The notes beneath the pieces are model-generated. The model was given only the letters and a program-made list of their open reading frames with translations, did not search any database and was not told the DNA's origin. A stretch of 63,615 nt of DNA, counting the filler, from Collodictyon triciliatum (taxonomy: Eukaryota): the NCBI GenBank assembly GCA_043381765.1. It is 6 parts of 6 records of this genome, joined end to end, with 100 filler letters (N's around TTAATTAATTAA, not from the genome) between each part and the next. Parts side by side here need not be neighbours in the genome. Positions count along the whole stretch, not along the records: positions 47,347 to 59,058 come from JBHJMP010002329.1; positions 59,159 to 63,615 come from JBHJMP010002360.1; 4 more parts are not named here. One strand, 5' to 3'. Both the position numbers and the translations under genes were made by a program. Below, one piece after another: positions 51,024 to 63,615 of this stretch. The stretch's first letter is position 1; each line of letters starts with the position of its first letter.

Positions 51024-51247
51024 GGGAGGAAGGATACCACGTGCGGAGATAAATATTTCCAATTTTGGTGTTCCAGATTCGCGACCGAAAGCGGGGGAAA
51101 CGTTCTTGATCATAATCAGATCTGTGTGATCTGCGTATATGTGTGATATGCGTGATTGCGAAAGGCTAGGCCTCGCTGAGAACCGAGAAGGAAAAACCTG
51201 TGTTGTCTGACAAACAGCCTTATTGGCCAGACGAATCGCAGCTCTGC

Positions 51248-52771
51248 ATGGATGCCGCAGAACCCTTCCCTCAAGTCGCCTGGCTGGAACCAACCGCATC
51301 GGACTCCGAGTTTCCCATCGTAAGTCTCAGCAACAAAACCCTGCTGCCCTGCGATGTTTGCCGCGATCTTTTTGCTGCCTTCAACATGTTTTCCCCAACT
51401 CTGGTGCCTTCCTCGGCCTCTGCCCTCCTTTGATTTCGAGCTGTTTCCTTTACCACGCCACTTTTCTGTCCGTCGCTCCTTTTTTTTTTCCTTCTACCGT
51501 TCGTGATTCGTCTTGTGTACTGACTTCAACGGCCCGCGCCAGAGCGACACTGTGACAGCGGCCGAGGTGAAAAGAGGCCGCGACATCCAGGTTATTCTCT
51601 GCTCCTTTGCTCCTCGTTCCTCTGGGCTGTTTCCCACGCATGTGGGAAGTTCAAAGGCAGTCCATGGATTTGGTGTTCAGTCGAAGCGTGCTTTGTCAAG
51701 CCTATGTCATTGTTCTTTGCGATGCCGCCTAAGTGAATTTTTCGCAGGGGATTCCATGGCCCTCGCAGACAGCCAGAAGAGAGGATTTCCGCATCAAGAG
51801 GATATATTCTCTCCTTCGGTCACGGACAGAGCCGCCGTTGGAGGTGGGTTTCCATAACTCTTACCTTCTATTGAGAGCAGTTGGCCAAAAAGAAAACAAT
51901 TTATTTAAACAAAACGAGCATATCCTCATGATTAATTATTTCCTCTGCTGGTCTAATCGACGTTTCTTAATTTTACAGAATCTCTTAGTGCTTGAGTTCA
52001 GTTCTCTTTTGCAGATATTTTTCTTTTGACTATAAGCGGATAATAAACGTATTTATGTTCTTACAGAACGCAACAATTACCAGCTCCGATGCACTGATAT
52101 ACGATTTTCATCGCTTCTCTCGAAACATAAACTGCACAATTTCTCACTTTCAACTGCGAAACTTACTCTGGGCGCCTGACAAGAACAACATCTATTTTAT
52201 ACGTGAGTGCTTTTTTTCTTGCCCATCTGTTCTTTAATTTTGAAATTTACTTGCAAATCTCAGTCTTTTTCAGTTAGAATCTGGCAAACTTTGACCCACT
52301 TTTTTCATCACCAATTTTTTTTTTTTTTATTGAGCAGGTGAATCCAGCCTCGCTCGGTGGGATCCAGTGAAGCAGTCGGCTTCCAACTTACTCAACTGGA
52401 TGTCTCCGAACTCGAACGAGCCTGCAATCATTTCCACCATGTTCTGTGACAGTGACTTTGTGTATGCCGGTGGGATGTCTAGCGAGGTAAAATATTTCTC
52501 CAATCGCGTTTATGTGATTGTATAACTGATGTTTTGAGAAACTATCACATGTCTCCTCCGCCAGTTTCTCTCTTTTTTAAATTTATGAACCCCACATCCC
52601 AATAGTTTGTGGCTCTGCACCGAAGAACAAAGAAGATTGCTACAAACAGAAAATTGTCTACCGAGGAGAACTCTATCACAAACGCAATGACAGATATACA
52701 ATCACCTTCTGGAGGTTGGATGCTAATCAAACGTCAATTTGTTTTCGGCTATAACTCAAAGATTTTATTCT

Positions 52772-52815
<44 letters not shown>

Positions 52816-54450
52816 ATACACAAGGAATCCCCAAATATCTCTCGCATGTGTGTTATGGGCTTTGGTAGTTTGAAATTCATGAGCGTTTTTTTTTTTAATT
52901 GGCAGTGAGCTACATCGTTGCATCCAATAATGATAAGAGAATCCGATTCCTGTCCAAAGAAACATTTGAGGCTGTGAAATCATTCACTTTAAGCACAGCT
53001 GTCAATGTAATGACCTCGGTGTCGTGTATTTTGTTTCCGAATATTACTTTAATAACTAAATAAAATAAAAGCGCTTAACTTACCTCATTGACCTTATTCT
53101 TGTCAGTGCCGCGATGTCGGTTGGTCATCAAAACTTTGTTTCCTTTGTTGACTCATTTCTTGTGCTATAGTATGCCATAGCCTCTCCGGATGGAAAGCTC
53201 ATCATATGCTGTTGCGACGAAGAGGGAATCAGCGTCATCGATTCGGACAGCGGATCGGGTTGGACTCGACTAGAATACATCTATTTACATAATGCGCATA
53301 CTTTTTTTTTGCCCCTAAAAAATCATCATTTACAAATCGGATTTAATTTTTATGATTCGTTACCAAAAGCAAAACAAAAAAACTATGTACAACTCCACAA
53401 AGATATGCAAATAAAAAAGCGTAAATTACCCGTGAAAAAACGCTCACACTCTCTTCATTCTCATTATTCTCCAACCCACCTCCGATGGACGCCGCAGTGG
53501 TTATGACACTGAACGGACACCTCGATTTTACCTTTGCCGCGAGCTTTCATCCAAATGGTTTTTTTGCTGCCACGGGAAATCAGGACTGCTCCACACGGTT
53601 TGCGTTTGGCTGTTCCTTCCATCTTTGTTTGAACCTGGTGGATGTTTCCGGCCTGCATTCAAAACGCAAATACAAAACTCCAGGATATGGGACTTGAGAT
53701 TCCCTCAGACGAGCGTCCATACCCTCCCGGCGGTTTGCAGCCCAATTCGCTCTCTTCGCTTTTCGGTATTGCCCCACAAGAAATCAGCACTGCGTTTATG
53801 ACAAAGCGCTTCGTTTTTTTCTTTTTCCCTCAACAAACCATCTCAATTCTGTCAATGACCCGAGTGTCGTGTACTCGTTATTCTTTTTGTTTGCATTCTG
53901 ATGCGTTTGTGTTCGAAAGTCCGACGGAGGTTCGTTGGTGGCGTGTGAGAACTCAGACTTTGTGCACATATACGACATCGGCTCCGAATACCGATGTCGG
54001 CAGCTGATAGACTTTTTCGGTGGGACTTGAGTTGTTTGTACAACGAACCCACAAGATACTTGTCCATCTCTCCATTATTGTTATTACAACCACAGCATTT
54101 TGCTTGTTGGCGGAGACCAATCGTATTCATTTTCCTCTCTTCCGAAGGCACCAAATGACCTTGTTTCCTTCCCTAGGCGAGGTTCCTGGCATCGCGCTGA
54201 CACCAGACTGCGAGTCGCTTTTTGTCAGTGTCCTTGAGCGCTCTTATGGTGAGTAATCGACATACTCAGCCACTACACTTTCTTGCGGAAGACTTGGTCG
54301 GTTGTAAACTTTGCTGGGCTTGGCTGCATCGGCATATACTCTGAAAATGGGGCACAGAAATTGCTCTGATTGCCGTTTCAATCTCTTCTTTCAGGTGGCA
54401 TTCTGGAGCTTTCCAGGATTCACCACTCCTACGGCGATTTGCTGGTGTGA
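51248..54450 (+). CDS. WD40 repeat protein, DUF2415 family
   Basis: GRDIQ|GIPW, CTISHFQLRNLLWA, GHLDFTFAASFHPNGFFAATGNQDCSTR|IWDLR, ENSDFVHIYD..QLIDFFG|EVPGIALTPD..YG|GILEL match the plant/fungal DUF2415 WD family. Confidence 0.88.
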
Positions 54451-55199
54451 GCTCATGTGGAGCGCAGGCAATCCAGACCAAAGGATGGATGAGGCGCTCC
54501 ATTTTTTTTTTTTTAAGAGGAATGAAGTGGTTTCCGCATCTGACGGGAAAAATGGAAAAAAAAATGGAATGGTTGCTGTGTACGTATTATCCTTTTCTGT
54601 CCGCTACTGCCACCGGAAGGAGTGAAAATCTTTCCTGGTTCTGAAATAAAGCAGACATGTTTGCATACCCTTGCGCTGGTCGACATGTTCACTTATGAAC
54701 TGAAGCAGATGATTCGGGCTGCGAGATTATTGAAACGAGCTCTTTCAGTCTCCATCCGCTTTCAACTGCATGTTTCTCCATTCACCCAGCAATTCTCGCT
54801 ATCACGGAGGGTGTATCGTTTTTGTTCGGCAACGCACGTGCCTTACAACTTTCAATTCTAAAAATAATCTCATCAACGTCAATGACAAGGCGGCAGCAGC
54901 CAACGCTCTGTCTCTGGTGAAACATATGCTTCATAATTTGAATTTCATTTTAATTTTCGAAACAAGGCGTGAATAAAAGAGAGTAGAAGAAGATGAAAAT
55001 GCAGGGAACATGGGAAGAGGACCTGGGTGTGTGGAAAACGGACAAAAACATGCGAGGACAACAAAAAAACAGTCCACCACTTTCCTTATCATTTTTTTTT
55101 TTTTTACTTCCCTGTTTTCTTTCCTTCCAGTTTGAAAGCTTCCGACCGCGCCAGTGAAAAAAGAGAAGGCAGTTCTAGATAAAATCGGATTCTCTAAAT

Positions 55200-57078
55200 T
55201 CAGAAGCGGCCAAGGACTATTCCAAGCGCGATACTGAGGACGAGCATGATGACGAGCTGGCGTGCAGTGACACCTTGCTCGTGACTCAGAGACGAAGCAG
55301 GCGGGTTGCTGAACGAGGAGGTCTTTGACACTACACGAGAAAGGCTAATGATGATCTGATTCTGGATGAAAGGGGCGGGTGGATGCGCCAACTACAAGGG
55401 AGACTTGAGACATACACGGCGCCGATGGTTTGTTTTTCAATGCCGAAACCCTCGATTCCAAGCTGCGAATATCGGCCGAAAGACGAGCCTGCTTGTCGTT
55501 TTTCTCATCAACTTCAGCCTTGGCCTTCCGAAGATCGACATCAGAGAGGCGGCCGTCTGCAAGAATGCCTTTCGGAACAGTGGGTGTTGGTTGGCTGCTC
55601 GGCGCAGACGTCTGCGATGAAACCTTGGTTGCTGCAGACTCGAACGATGCGGTGGACTTTGCTTCGGAGGCGGTATCCAGCTGAACCAAAGAATGTAAAG
55701 TAAGCATCCATGCAAACCTTCATCTCAGGGTGGAGATACTTTCTCGCATGTTTCGCAGCGTTCAAAGGACAATATACACAATAGAACATATATGAGCAAT
55801 AAGACGCGCTACATGTGCACAGTGCAAAGGGGGAGTAAAGTGAGGGAAATGAAAAAAAAAAAAAAAAAAAGGAAGAAAAAAAGGGAAAAAAAAAAGGGGA
55901 AAAAAAAAGGGGGAAAAAGGCTGTTACTGCAGAGCGATAGAGTGACTGTGATTGCTCGTCAACGCGGCAGCGAAACTTCTGCTTCGAAATCGATTCCGCA
56001 GGTGTTATTGTCCACTAGTTAATGAAGGGGTTCGAATTTCATATCAGTGTTCATACAGCTGGGAGAGGGAGCGGAGGGGCACTTGGATTGAACACAAAGG
56101 CGTGTATACATCAAGAAACGGATGGAAAATTTTAAAGGTATTCATGGAGTAGCGATAAATAAGAAAGAATCAGATCGACAAAACAAGACCGAGTTCTGAT
56201 ATACCATTTGTTGNNNNNNNNNNNNNNNNNNNNNNNNNNNNNNNNNNNNNNNNNNNNNNNNNNNNNNNNNNNNNNNNNNNNNNNNNNNNNNNNNNNNNNN
56301 NNNNNNNNNNNNNNNNNNNNNNNNNNNNNNNNNNNNNNNNNNNNNNNNNNNNNNNNNNNNNNNNNNNNNNNNNNNNNNNNNNNNNNNNNNNNNNNNNNNN
56401 NNNNNNNNNNNNNNNNNNNNNNNNNNNNNNNNNNNNNNNNNNNNNNNNNNNNNNNNNNNNNNNNNNNNNNNNNNNNNNNNNNNNNNNNNNNNNNNNNNNN
56501 NNNNNNNNNNNNNNNNNNNNNNNNNNNNNNNNNNNNNNNNNNNNNNNNNNNNNNNNNNNNNNNNNNNNNNNNNNNNNNNNNNNNNNNNNNNNNNNNNNNN
56601 NNNNNNNNNNNNNNNNNNNNNNNNNNNNNNNNNNNNNNNNNNNNNNNNNNNNNNNNNNNNNNNNNNNNNNNNNNNNNNNNNNNNNNNNNNNNNNNNNNNN
56701 NNNNNNNNNNNNNNNNNNNNNNNNNNNNNNNNNNNNNNNNNNNNNNNNNNNNNNNNNNNNNNNNNNNNNNNNNNNNNNNNNNNNNNNNNNNNNNNNNNNN
56801 NNNNNNNNNNNNNNNNNNNNNNNNNNNNNNNNNNNNNNNNNNNNNNNNNNNNNNNNNNNNNNNNNNNNNNNNNNNNNNNNNNNNNNNNNNNNNNNNNNNN
56901 NNNNNNNNNNNNNNNNNNNNNNNNNNNNNNNNNNNNNNNNNNNNNNNNNNNNNNNNNNNNNNNNNNNNNNNNNNNNNCTCGGCTCACCTGAAAAAACAAG
57001 CTCCTCGGGCTCGATCGAAAGCAGGCCGGAACCAACGTGCGACGTGGACGACGCCACCGACATCGTTTCGAAGGACAT
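55200..57078 (-). CDS. VAP: VAMP-associated protein (MSP domain, coiled coil, C-terminal TM); most of the MSP domain falls in gap 56214-56977
   Basis: N-terminal LLSIEPEELVF, end of MSP W..ISKQKFRCRV, coiled coil (LSADIRSLESRVSALK) and tail anchor LVIMLVLSIALGIVLGRF* with GxxxG. Confidence 0.8.
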
Positions 57079-59058
57079 TGCAGGGCGCTTTATGAAGAAG
57101 GTCTCCCTGCACAAGACGTGATCGCAAGTTACTTAAAGGCCCAACCAAAGGGCAGGTTGCGAGGATCTCTCTTAAGGAGGCGACTGGCTGGGGTCGATGC
57201 ACCTTCGGCGCCCTTCTTCATCTCCTTGCCTCCTGCGGAGATCGCAGCGCATCGGACGAATGCTGTATGATCGTCGTGGAGCCGCAGAACATTCAGTCAG
57301 GCAAGACAGATGGGTGCATTCCAGATTCGGTTTGATTCGCTGCATATGGATTCCAAACTATTCTGGAATTTTCTCTTTTCAACCAACAGCTCGCGAAACT
57401 ACTTGTCCAGACATGCTTCGTTCGTGCCCTTGAGCTCAGCAGCTCCTCTATCGCCAACCTCATGTCCTTTCAGAACTAGGCGCAGCAGCTACACCTCCGT
57501 GTTCACATTATCCTCCTTCACGCACAGGCACATAAATACCTCTCGCTCCATCTTCCACAGAGTTAGCAGCATCGACATCTCAATTCATCTTACTCATCTC
57601 GTAAGTCGAATCACCTTTCCTCTTCATTTCCGCCCGCCCAAATACTCCATCGCTTTTCTTCCCATCACAGAGTCGCTGAGCTTGCGGTGTGATTGTGATT
57701 GTGCACAGACCTGTAAGCTCGCTCACATAGCTTCGAATGGCTGAGTCTCGTGTCGCTATGATTGTTGGTTGGATGTGACATCTGCGTGTTTGAAAAGCGT
57801 GTCTCTTTGTGTGAGTCATGCATCTGCATCGACCCTTCATCACCGGAGGCAAAGGCAATGGCGATGGGTCGTTTATCGATGCACACAAGGATGTCGGTTG
57901 CCACAAGTGGCGAGAGTAATGTTTGTAATGTGATTATGAGTCGAACACATGCGAATCCATTTTCTACCATCTCGTATTAAATGCAAACGTATTTCTCTGG
58001 GGCGAAGCTCTTTTTGCTGACCACTCGAGAGGATTATGAGATTGCAAGGTTGTGAGTTCAATAGTTCCACTAGAAACAGTGCCTTTGTCAAGCGGACTCG
58101 GATGCTATTCTCACGGGGATGTGATACTTTGTCAGCGCAGTGATGATTGCAAAGTCGTGTGGATGACGAGAGACAGAGCCTGTGTTACTGGAAGCTTGGA
58201 TGTACGTGGAGGACTATCGACAAGGAGAGACTCTTACACGATTTGGTGAGCTTCTTACCAGACGTTATGAAAGGTCGATGGTGGATACCGCACTGGTGGC
58301 ATCGCGCGTAGGGGTTATGACGAAGTGAGAGTGGAAGAGCAAGACTTCCGTTTTGATGAACCAAGCCCAGGGTCATGTGTGTTTGCGAGAGGGGCCGATG
58401 TGGGAGCGCATTCACTGAGGTTCGCATACCACTGGCGGTGCGTGTCCATGACGAGGACATTGCGCACCAAGGCCGCCTCATTTTCTTGGGCACTACCATG
58501 GAGAGGCTGGAGAGTAGGTTATGTGTCTCTGGCCACAGTTGTACATGCATAGAGCTCGGGCGATAAGACGCGAGGATGCGAGGATGCGGTGATGTGGCGA
58601 TAAGGACGGCTGAGCATTGGATTCTTTATGTGTGAGGATATCGGGTTGGGCAAAGAGGCGGGATGTTTTCTCATGGGGGATGAAGTCTATGTAGTTGTGT
58701 GGATGGGACGCATGATTGAGCGAGTGGTATTTCGTAAAGCTACAGGACTTCGAAGTCGGATGGGGATTACGGCGCAGCTGTGCGCTTGTTTGTATGAGCA
58801 TGTTGCAGTGGATATGAATGTATGCTCGGATTCTTTCTTCTGGATGCCAGAATGTCGAATGATTTCAGGCCTGTGTTGAGGTTTGGGCAGAGGCCGCATG
58901 ATATCTTTTTTCAACCACTTTTTTCGCATGGTGAATTACAATTATCATTGTGATACACAGATGCATTCCAGGGCTTCAAACAAGACGGACGGGATGGGCA
59001 TTAATGGGAATGCGCTTTTCTTTGAGCTGGCTGCGCTTGCGAATGGAAGGCAATAACT

Positions 59059-59158
59059 NNNNNNNNNNNNNNNNNNNNNNNNNNNNNNNNNNNNNNNNNN
59101 NNTTAATTAATTAANNNNNNNNNNNNNNNNNNNNNNNNNNNNNNNNNNNNNNNNNNNN
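59059..59158. other. Artificial contig linker
   Basis: 44N-TTAATTAATTAA-44N. Confidence 0.99.
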
Positions 59159-59223
59159 CACTCAATCACTCAATCTCGCTCAATCACTCAATCACTCAAT
59201 CTCGCTCAATCAACGACATGCAG

Positions 59224-59479
59224 CAACACAACGACAACGAGAGCGTTATCCGCGAAGTATGGGACGAAGACACTGGGCGGATGCGATTGGTGAGTGCTAT
59301 CGAACCCGTGGATGTGCCACCCGACACAGTCCGAATTCCGGCGCCTCCGCCACTGACGCATGTCTCTCACGCAGGTGCGCGGGTCCGGCGAAATCATCGA
59401 GCGCATCGTCACGCGGGAGCAGCACCTTGCAATCAACAAGCAGGCCACCATGTGGGTCACCTCCTACCCGCGCAAGTAG
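59224..59479 (+). CDS. ARL6IP4: ARL6IP4/SR-25 splicing-associated protein, 3' exons only (59224-59289, 59375-59479)
   Basis: ESVIREVWDEDTGRMRL|VRGSGEIIERIVTREQHLAINKQAT matches the conserved SR-25 C-terminus ([32 protein letters not shown]). Confidence 0.85.
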
Positions 59480-59927
59480 CCCGCCAGTCTGCACACACCA
59501 AGCGCACATTTTGCCTGCCCAAACCAACGAACCAAGCAAAAGGTGTCACCGCCACCCCCTGGTCTCTGGTGTCACATACCACTCGCTCTATCGCGTGTTT
59601 ATTACGGGTTGTTTTTTTTCTTCTTTTTTTTCGCAAACGACCTTCTTTTCTTGATTCATGGAGATATAATGAAATTCGTGACTGATTAGAATGGTGTGGA
59701 TTCAAAATGAGAGGTGGGAGGAAGTCTATGTGTGTGTGGTGGGTGGAAAACGTCGCATATCCCCAAGGATGATGCGCGTTGTGTGGCGGTTGGTAGGAAA
59801 GAGAGCAGGGGAGGAATATCGTCGACCGGATAGGAGTCTACGGCACAGGGAAGTCTGAGGAAGCGGGTGCAGGATTCATGCCCGCATCTCATCTCATCTC
59901 GTCTCATCACAAGGCAAAAAGATTCGC

Positions 59928-62911
59928 TCATATCTTGCCATCATCATCCCCGGCCAGGATTGCGACGTGGACCGAGTCGACGGACGGCTGTGTGCCGCTG
60001 GACTGGTACGACGTGTCCTCGTAGCTGGCAGCAAGCGGTACGGTGACTTCTGCAGGGCTGCGCACTTTGTCGGTCGCTGCTTGATGCGGCGCTTTGTCCT
60101 GCGGCGGTGCGTAGTACTCGGCATTCATGATTTTGGCGCAGTTTTCGCAGCACGCCTTGCCTGTGCCGTCGCCGTCTTCGTCCGAGCTGTGCCCGTTGAT
60201 GGATGGCGAGTCTGTTTGCTTCGCTTTGCGGCGGCGCTTCTCTTGCAGCTCCGCCACTATCTCGGCGTGGACCTCGCGCGTGATGGGGTAGAAACATCCC
60301 GCCGTGGCTCCGACCGCAATGATGACTGCTGGCACAATGCTTGTCATCAGGCGGAGCGCTAGTTTGCCAGATGTCACGTTTAGCGTGTTGTGTTGTGTTG
60401 TGATTGTGTTGTGTTGCTTTGCTTAGAGTATGGATTCAGGTTCGGGTGAAAGGCGTGTCCACTTACAGAGAATCACCGACTCAGGTTGGTCGCTTTTGTC
60501 TCCGCGTTCCGGTGCTTCGTAGCCGGCTGCCCCCAGGATGAAGCTGCGATGATATAAGAGCTCAGTGGTCTTTTCCTGTAGCGCCACTTCGTGATAACGT
60601 TGGATTCATATAATTATTGTGGTGGGTATGGTGTGTACTATTACCTGGAGATGGAGAGGGCGGCTGAGATGGAGAGCTTCTGGAAGAAGATGAGGAAGCT
60701 GTAAAAGATGCCCTCCTGTGATGTTTTTTTGGAGATGTGGTTAGTTGGCTGGAGGAGGAATAAGAGGCCATTCCTGACACTTGAATAGACAAGAGACATA
60801 CCCTTCTGAGTCCGGTTTGAAGTTCGTCGTAGTCAACAACATCGGAAACCATACTCTACAAGGAAGTTAGTGTTTTGTTAGTTTGGATTGAATAATGGTC
60901 GCTTCAGGGAACCATCGCTTAGGTATAGATTTTCTTTTGGTTTGGTTCGTGTTTTCGAAATGATTTCGTACATAGATTATAAGAACAGGGCAGACTCCGC
61001 AGGCGCCGCGGAGAGGTGTGAGAATATAGAAGACGAGAGTGTCTCCTTCCTCGATGAAGTAGAAGGCCGCCTGACAGAGCAATCATAAGGAATTAGCTAC
61101 CACATTGCGGGCATAGATGAAAAAGAGGGGATGAAGGGGAAATTGACAGGTCGAAGTCTTAATTTTGTGGAACAATGAAACAAATGCCGTCAAGGCTGCA
61201 TGGCATAAGAAACTTGAAAGCATGAGATACCATACCTGCACAATGGCCAGAGACCACATTCCAATGAGAATGGTGCGCTTCTTCCCCAGCGAGTATGATA
61301 GGCGAGTCCATGCAGGAACAGCCACCAGGCGTCCGATTGTTTGGAAGAGAATGACCCAGAAAACAATAGAGCGAGATTCCTTCAAGACATAGCGGATGTA
61401 TAGCACTTGATTGCTGGCTACAAACTCCAGGGCGAGAGTGGACATGCACATGAATGTGGCGATAACATATGCTCTGTACTTGAAGATTTCCCGGAGACCG
61501 TAGATGAAGCGAGTCAAAATAAACACAACTTTCTCCACCATGGAACGGTTTGGGTTCTCAGTCTTTTCCTTGAAGACAATAGCCATCCCGCTGCATTTGC
61601 ATGTCGGCACAGCCTTCGTTTTCTCTTTGATGAAATAGACAGTGATGAGGATGGGCGGGATGGAGACGGCAGACCAGATGAAGCTGCTGAGCAGATATGC
61701 ATCTTCCTCATTGTCGACAATATCCAGCAGATAGCTATGCGTCATGGATGCCAGTGTTCCTGCAAGGATTGCAGCAAAGTATCTGAACTGAGAGAGCGAA
61801 GTGGCGTCGTCGTGTCCGGATGCGAGCTCAGCCATCATGCAGTTGTGGGGGATGGTGATGCCGGATGAGAATGTCTCGAACAACAGCAGCGCAACGAGGT
61901 AGTAAACAGCTGTATTATGACAATCACGAAGAATTATTGCGTGTGGCGTTGATGAAAGTATAATTAGGCCCACTCTCTAAGTCTACCTCCCTTCCTGCAT
62001 GGCTTCGGAACGAAAATATTAACTGTGTGTTGTCTTACCGAGAACATTGTAGCTGACAGGAGGGACCCACCACAACATCAGCCACGATGCTGCAAGCGGG
62101 AGTGTCGAATACAGAAGCCACGACCTTCTTCTGCCCCAACTGGACACGAGAGATAGTTCAGAACAACAGTATTTGGTTCATTACAAGAAAAATTGACTTG
62201 GATTCGCTAGGTTGTCTTCATTCGCTCGTGATGTAGAGTATCAGACAACGATATGTCGAGAGCATCATGATTTGTGGATGTTTCTAGAGGAGCATGGCGG
62301 GGTTTTCAGATGTAGTACTTTGAGGAAGTCTGGTCGCTCAAGTGGCCAATCATCGGGTCGTTCACAGCATCCCAGAACTTCGAGACAAGGAGGATGGCAC
62401 CGACGTAGTACGGCGACAGCTCAGCCACCTCAAGAAGGAACGGAGATGTGAAGAGGCTGCGGATGCGGTCGAAAATAGACGGGCCAGTTGCACCCATGGC
62501 ATATGCAACTTTGGTTTTCTGGGTGTATATTTGCGCAGAAAGACAAGAACAGTGAGTTTGCCTGGCTGAAAGAGAATAAGAGCAAAAGAAACTAATATCC
62601 TGTATAAGATTCGTGAAAGCTCTTTCGTGGGAGAGACAGAGCATATTGGTGCGCACCCAGTTCAGTCCTTCGGCCTTCTTCAGCGCGGGCGAGTCGATGG
62701 TTGGGGCGATGTCAACAACAGCCTCGGCCTGCATGGCAGATTGGTCAGTGTTTGTCAAGGTTTCTGCGAGTTATGTGGGAGGGTAGCTTGTTGCGAGTTT
62801 GATTTGTGCTCTGTTTTTGTTGGTTACCTTTGCGAGCATCAGGGGTGTCTTTTCGCCCAGGGTGGGGATTCTGGGACTCTGTCCGACTGAAGGGGTCGAG
62901 GAGAGCGTCAT
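59928..62911 (-). CDS. MFS glycoside-pentoside-hexuronide (MelB/MFSD2-like) transporter, multi-exon
   Basis: KVAYAMG, FWDAVNDPMIGHLSDQT..|WGRRRSW, IPHNCMMAEL, LGKKRT, MVSDVVDYDELQTGLRR|EGIFYSFLIFFQK, AGY..QPESV|ALRL, YPITREVH. Start exon MTLSS..EKTPLMLAK at 62911. Confidence 0.92.
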
Positions 62912-63615
62912 CGGGCGGCTGCGTGGCTTTGAGGTTGTCTCACAAAGGTTCCTGTAGGGTCGATGTCTGGGAATCAGTGTCGCTCGTTGACTTTGAGTGA
63001 TGTTGGGCGAGTTTGTCCCGAAGCGCTTTACTCTGCTGCAGCCTGCTCACTGGGACGACGTCACATGCACACAAGCGTTTTCTCGTGGACTAACAAAGAG
63101 AAATCTGAAGGCAGAAAATGATGTTTTAAATAGGGCAGTTGCAAAGAGCAATGATACCATTTAGTCACAAATTTGCACCACGACGGCACGTGTAGGCACG
63201 TTCTTGCACATCAGTACTCGGAATGTAGCACGCTTATAAGCGTGCAACCAACACGTGCGCACCACACTCTGCATACCATTGAGTTTCACTATGCCTGTAG
63301 TGCATTTGTGGTGTGGCGCGTGTGTTGCACTTCATGAAATATAGAAGCATCGCAAAGCCACACGAATTTGCCCTTATATGCGCCGCAAGAAATGAGGCTT
63401 CCTCCCAATTCATAATCTAATTCCTAACATTCTGAACATGAGAAGGCTTGTGTTCCCAAGGCTATGGCGCATACATTCGATTGAAATCGCTGCGAAAGGA
63501 GAACCCCCACTCGAAACGCTCACGCAACGCAGTCTTCCTCAATGACATATCCCGAGAAGGAATATAAATTCGGCTTCGCAATATTCGTCCTATGATCAAA
63601 GCTGCAGGCGGAAGT

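Noticed and set aside
57107-57132. In-frame 26-nt GT-AG intron that would extend the VAP N-terminus
   Set aside because: Much shorter than the other introns seen here; VAPs normally start just before the MSP domain, so this is probably 5' UTR.

Overview
Eukaryotic (protist-like, intron-rich, GT-AG) genomic DNA, not prokaryotic. The window is six assembly contigs/scaffolds joined by artificial 100-nt linkers (44 N + TTAATTAATTAA + 44 N); the four complete pieces are 11738, 11735, 11719 and 11712 bp (length-sorted), so no synteny can be read across linkers. I spliced genes by hand from motifs, so exon boundaries are approximate. Piece 1 (1-11754): SMN-like gene, a two-domain transmembrane class III cyclase with degenerate catalytic residues, and NOC4. 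Piece 2 (11855-23592): LRR gene, pantothenate synthetase, an L1/Tx1-like retroelement remnant and a ~350-nt imperfect hairpin. Piece 3 (23693-35427): an intronless membrane-anchored VanX-type D-Ala-D-Ala dipeptidase, RPS29, an RNI-type LRR gene and an intronless 1864-aa NACHT-pentapeptide-WD40 (NLR-like) gene. Piece 4 (35528-47246): small coiled-coil gene, VASt/StARkin protein, claudin-like tetraspan and a DH-PH-FYVE RhoGEF. Piece 5 (47347-59058): acyl-CoA synthetase ending in SKL, DUF2415-type WD40 protein and VAP. Piece 6 (59159-63615): ARL6IP4/SR-25 3' end and an MFSD2/MelB-type transporter. The best leads are the NLR-like gene and its orphan LRR exons, the membrane-tethered VanX, the G-U-rich long hairpin and the pseudo-cyclase. 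No tRNA, rRNA or CRISPR array was seen. Family assignments come from recalled motifs, not database searches.
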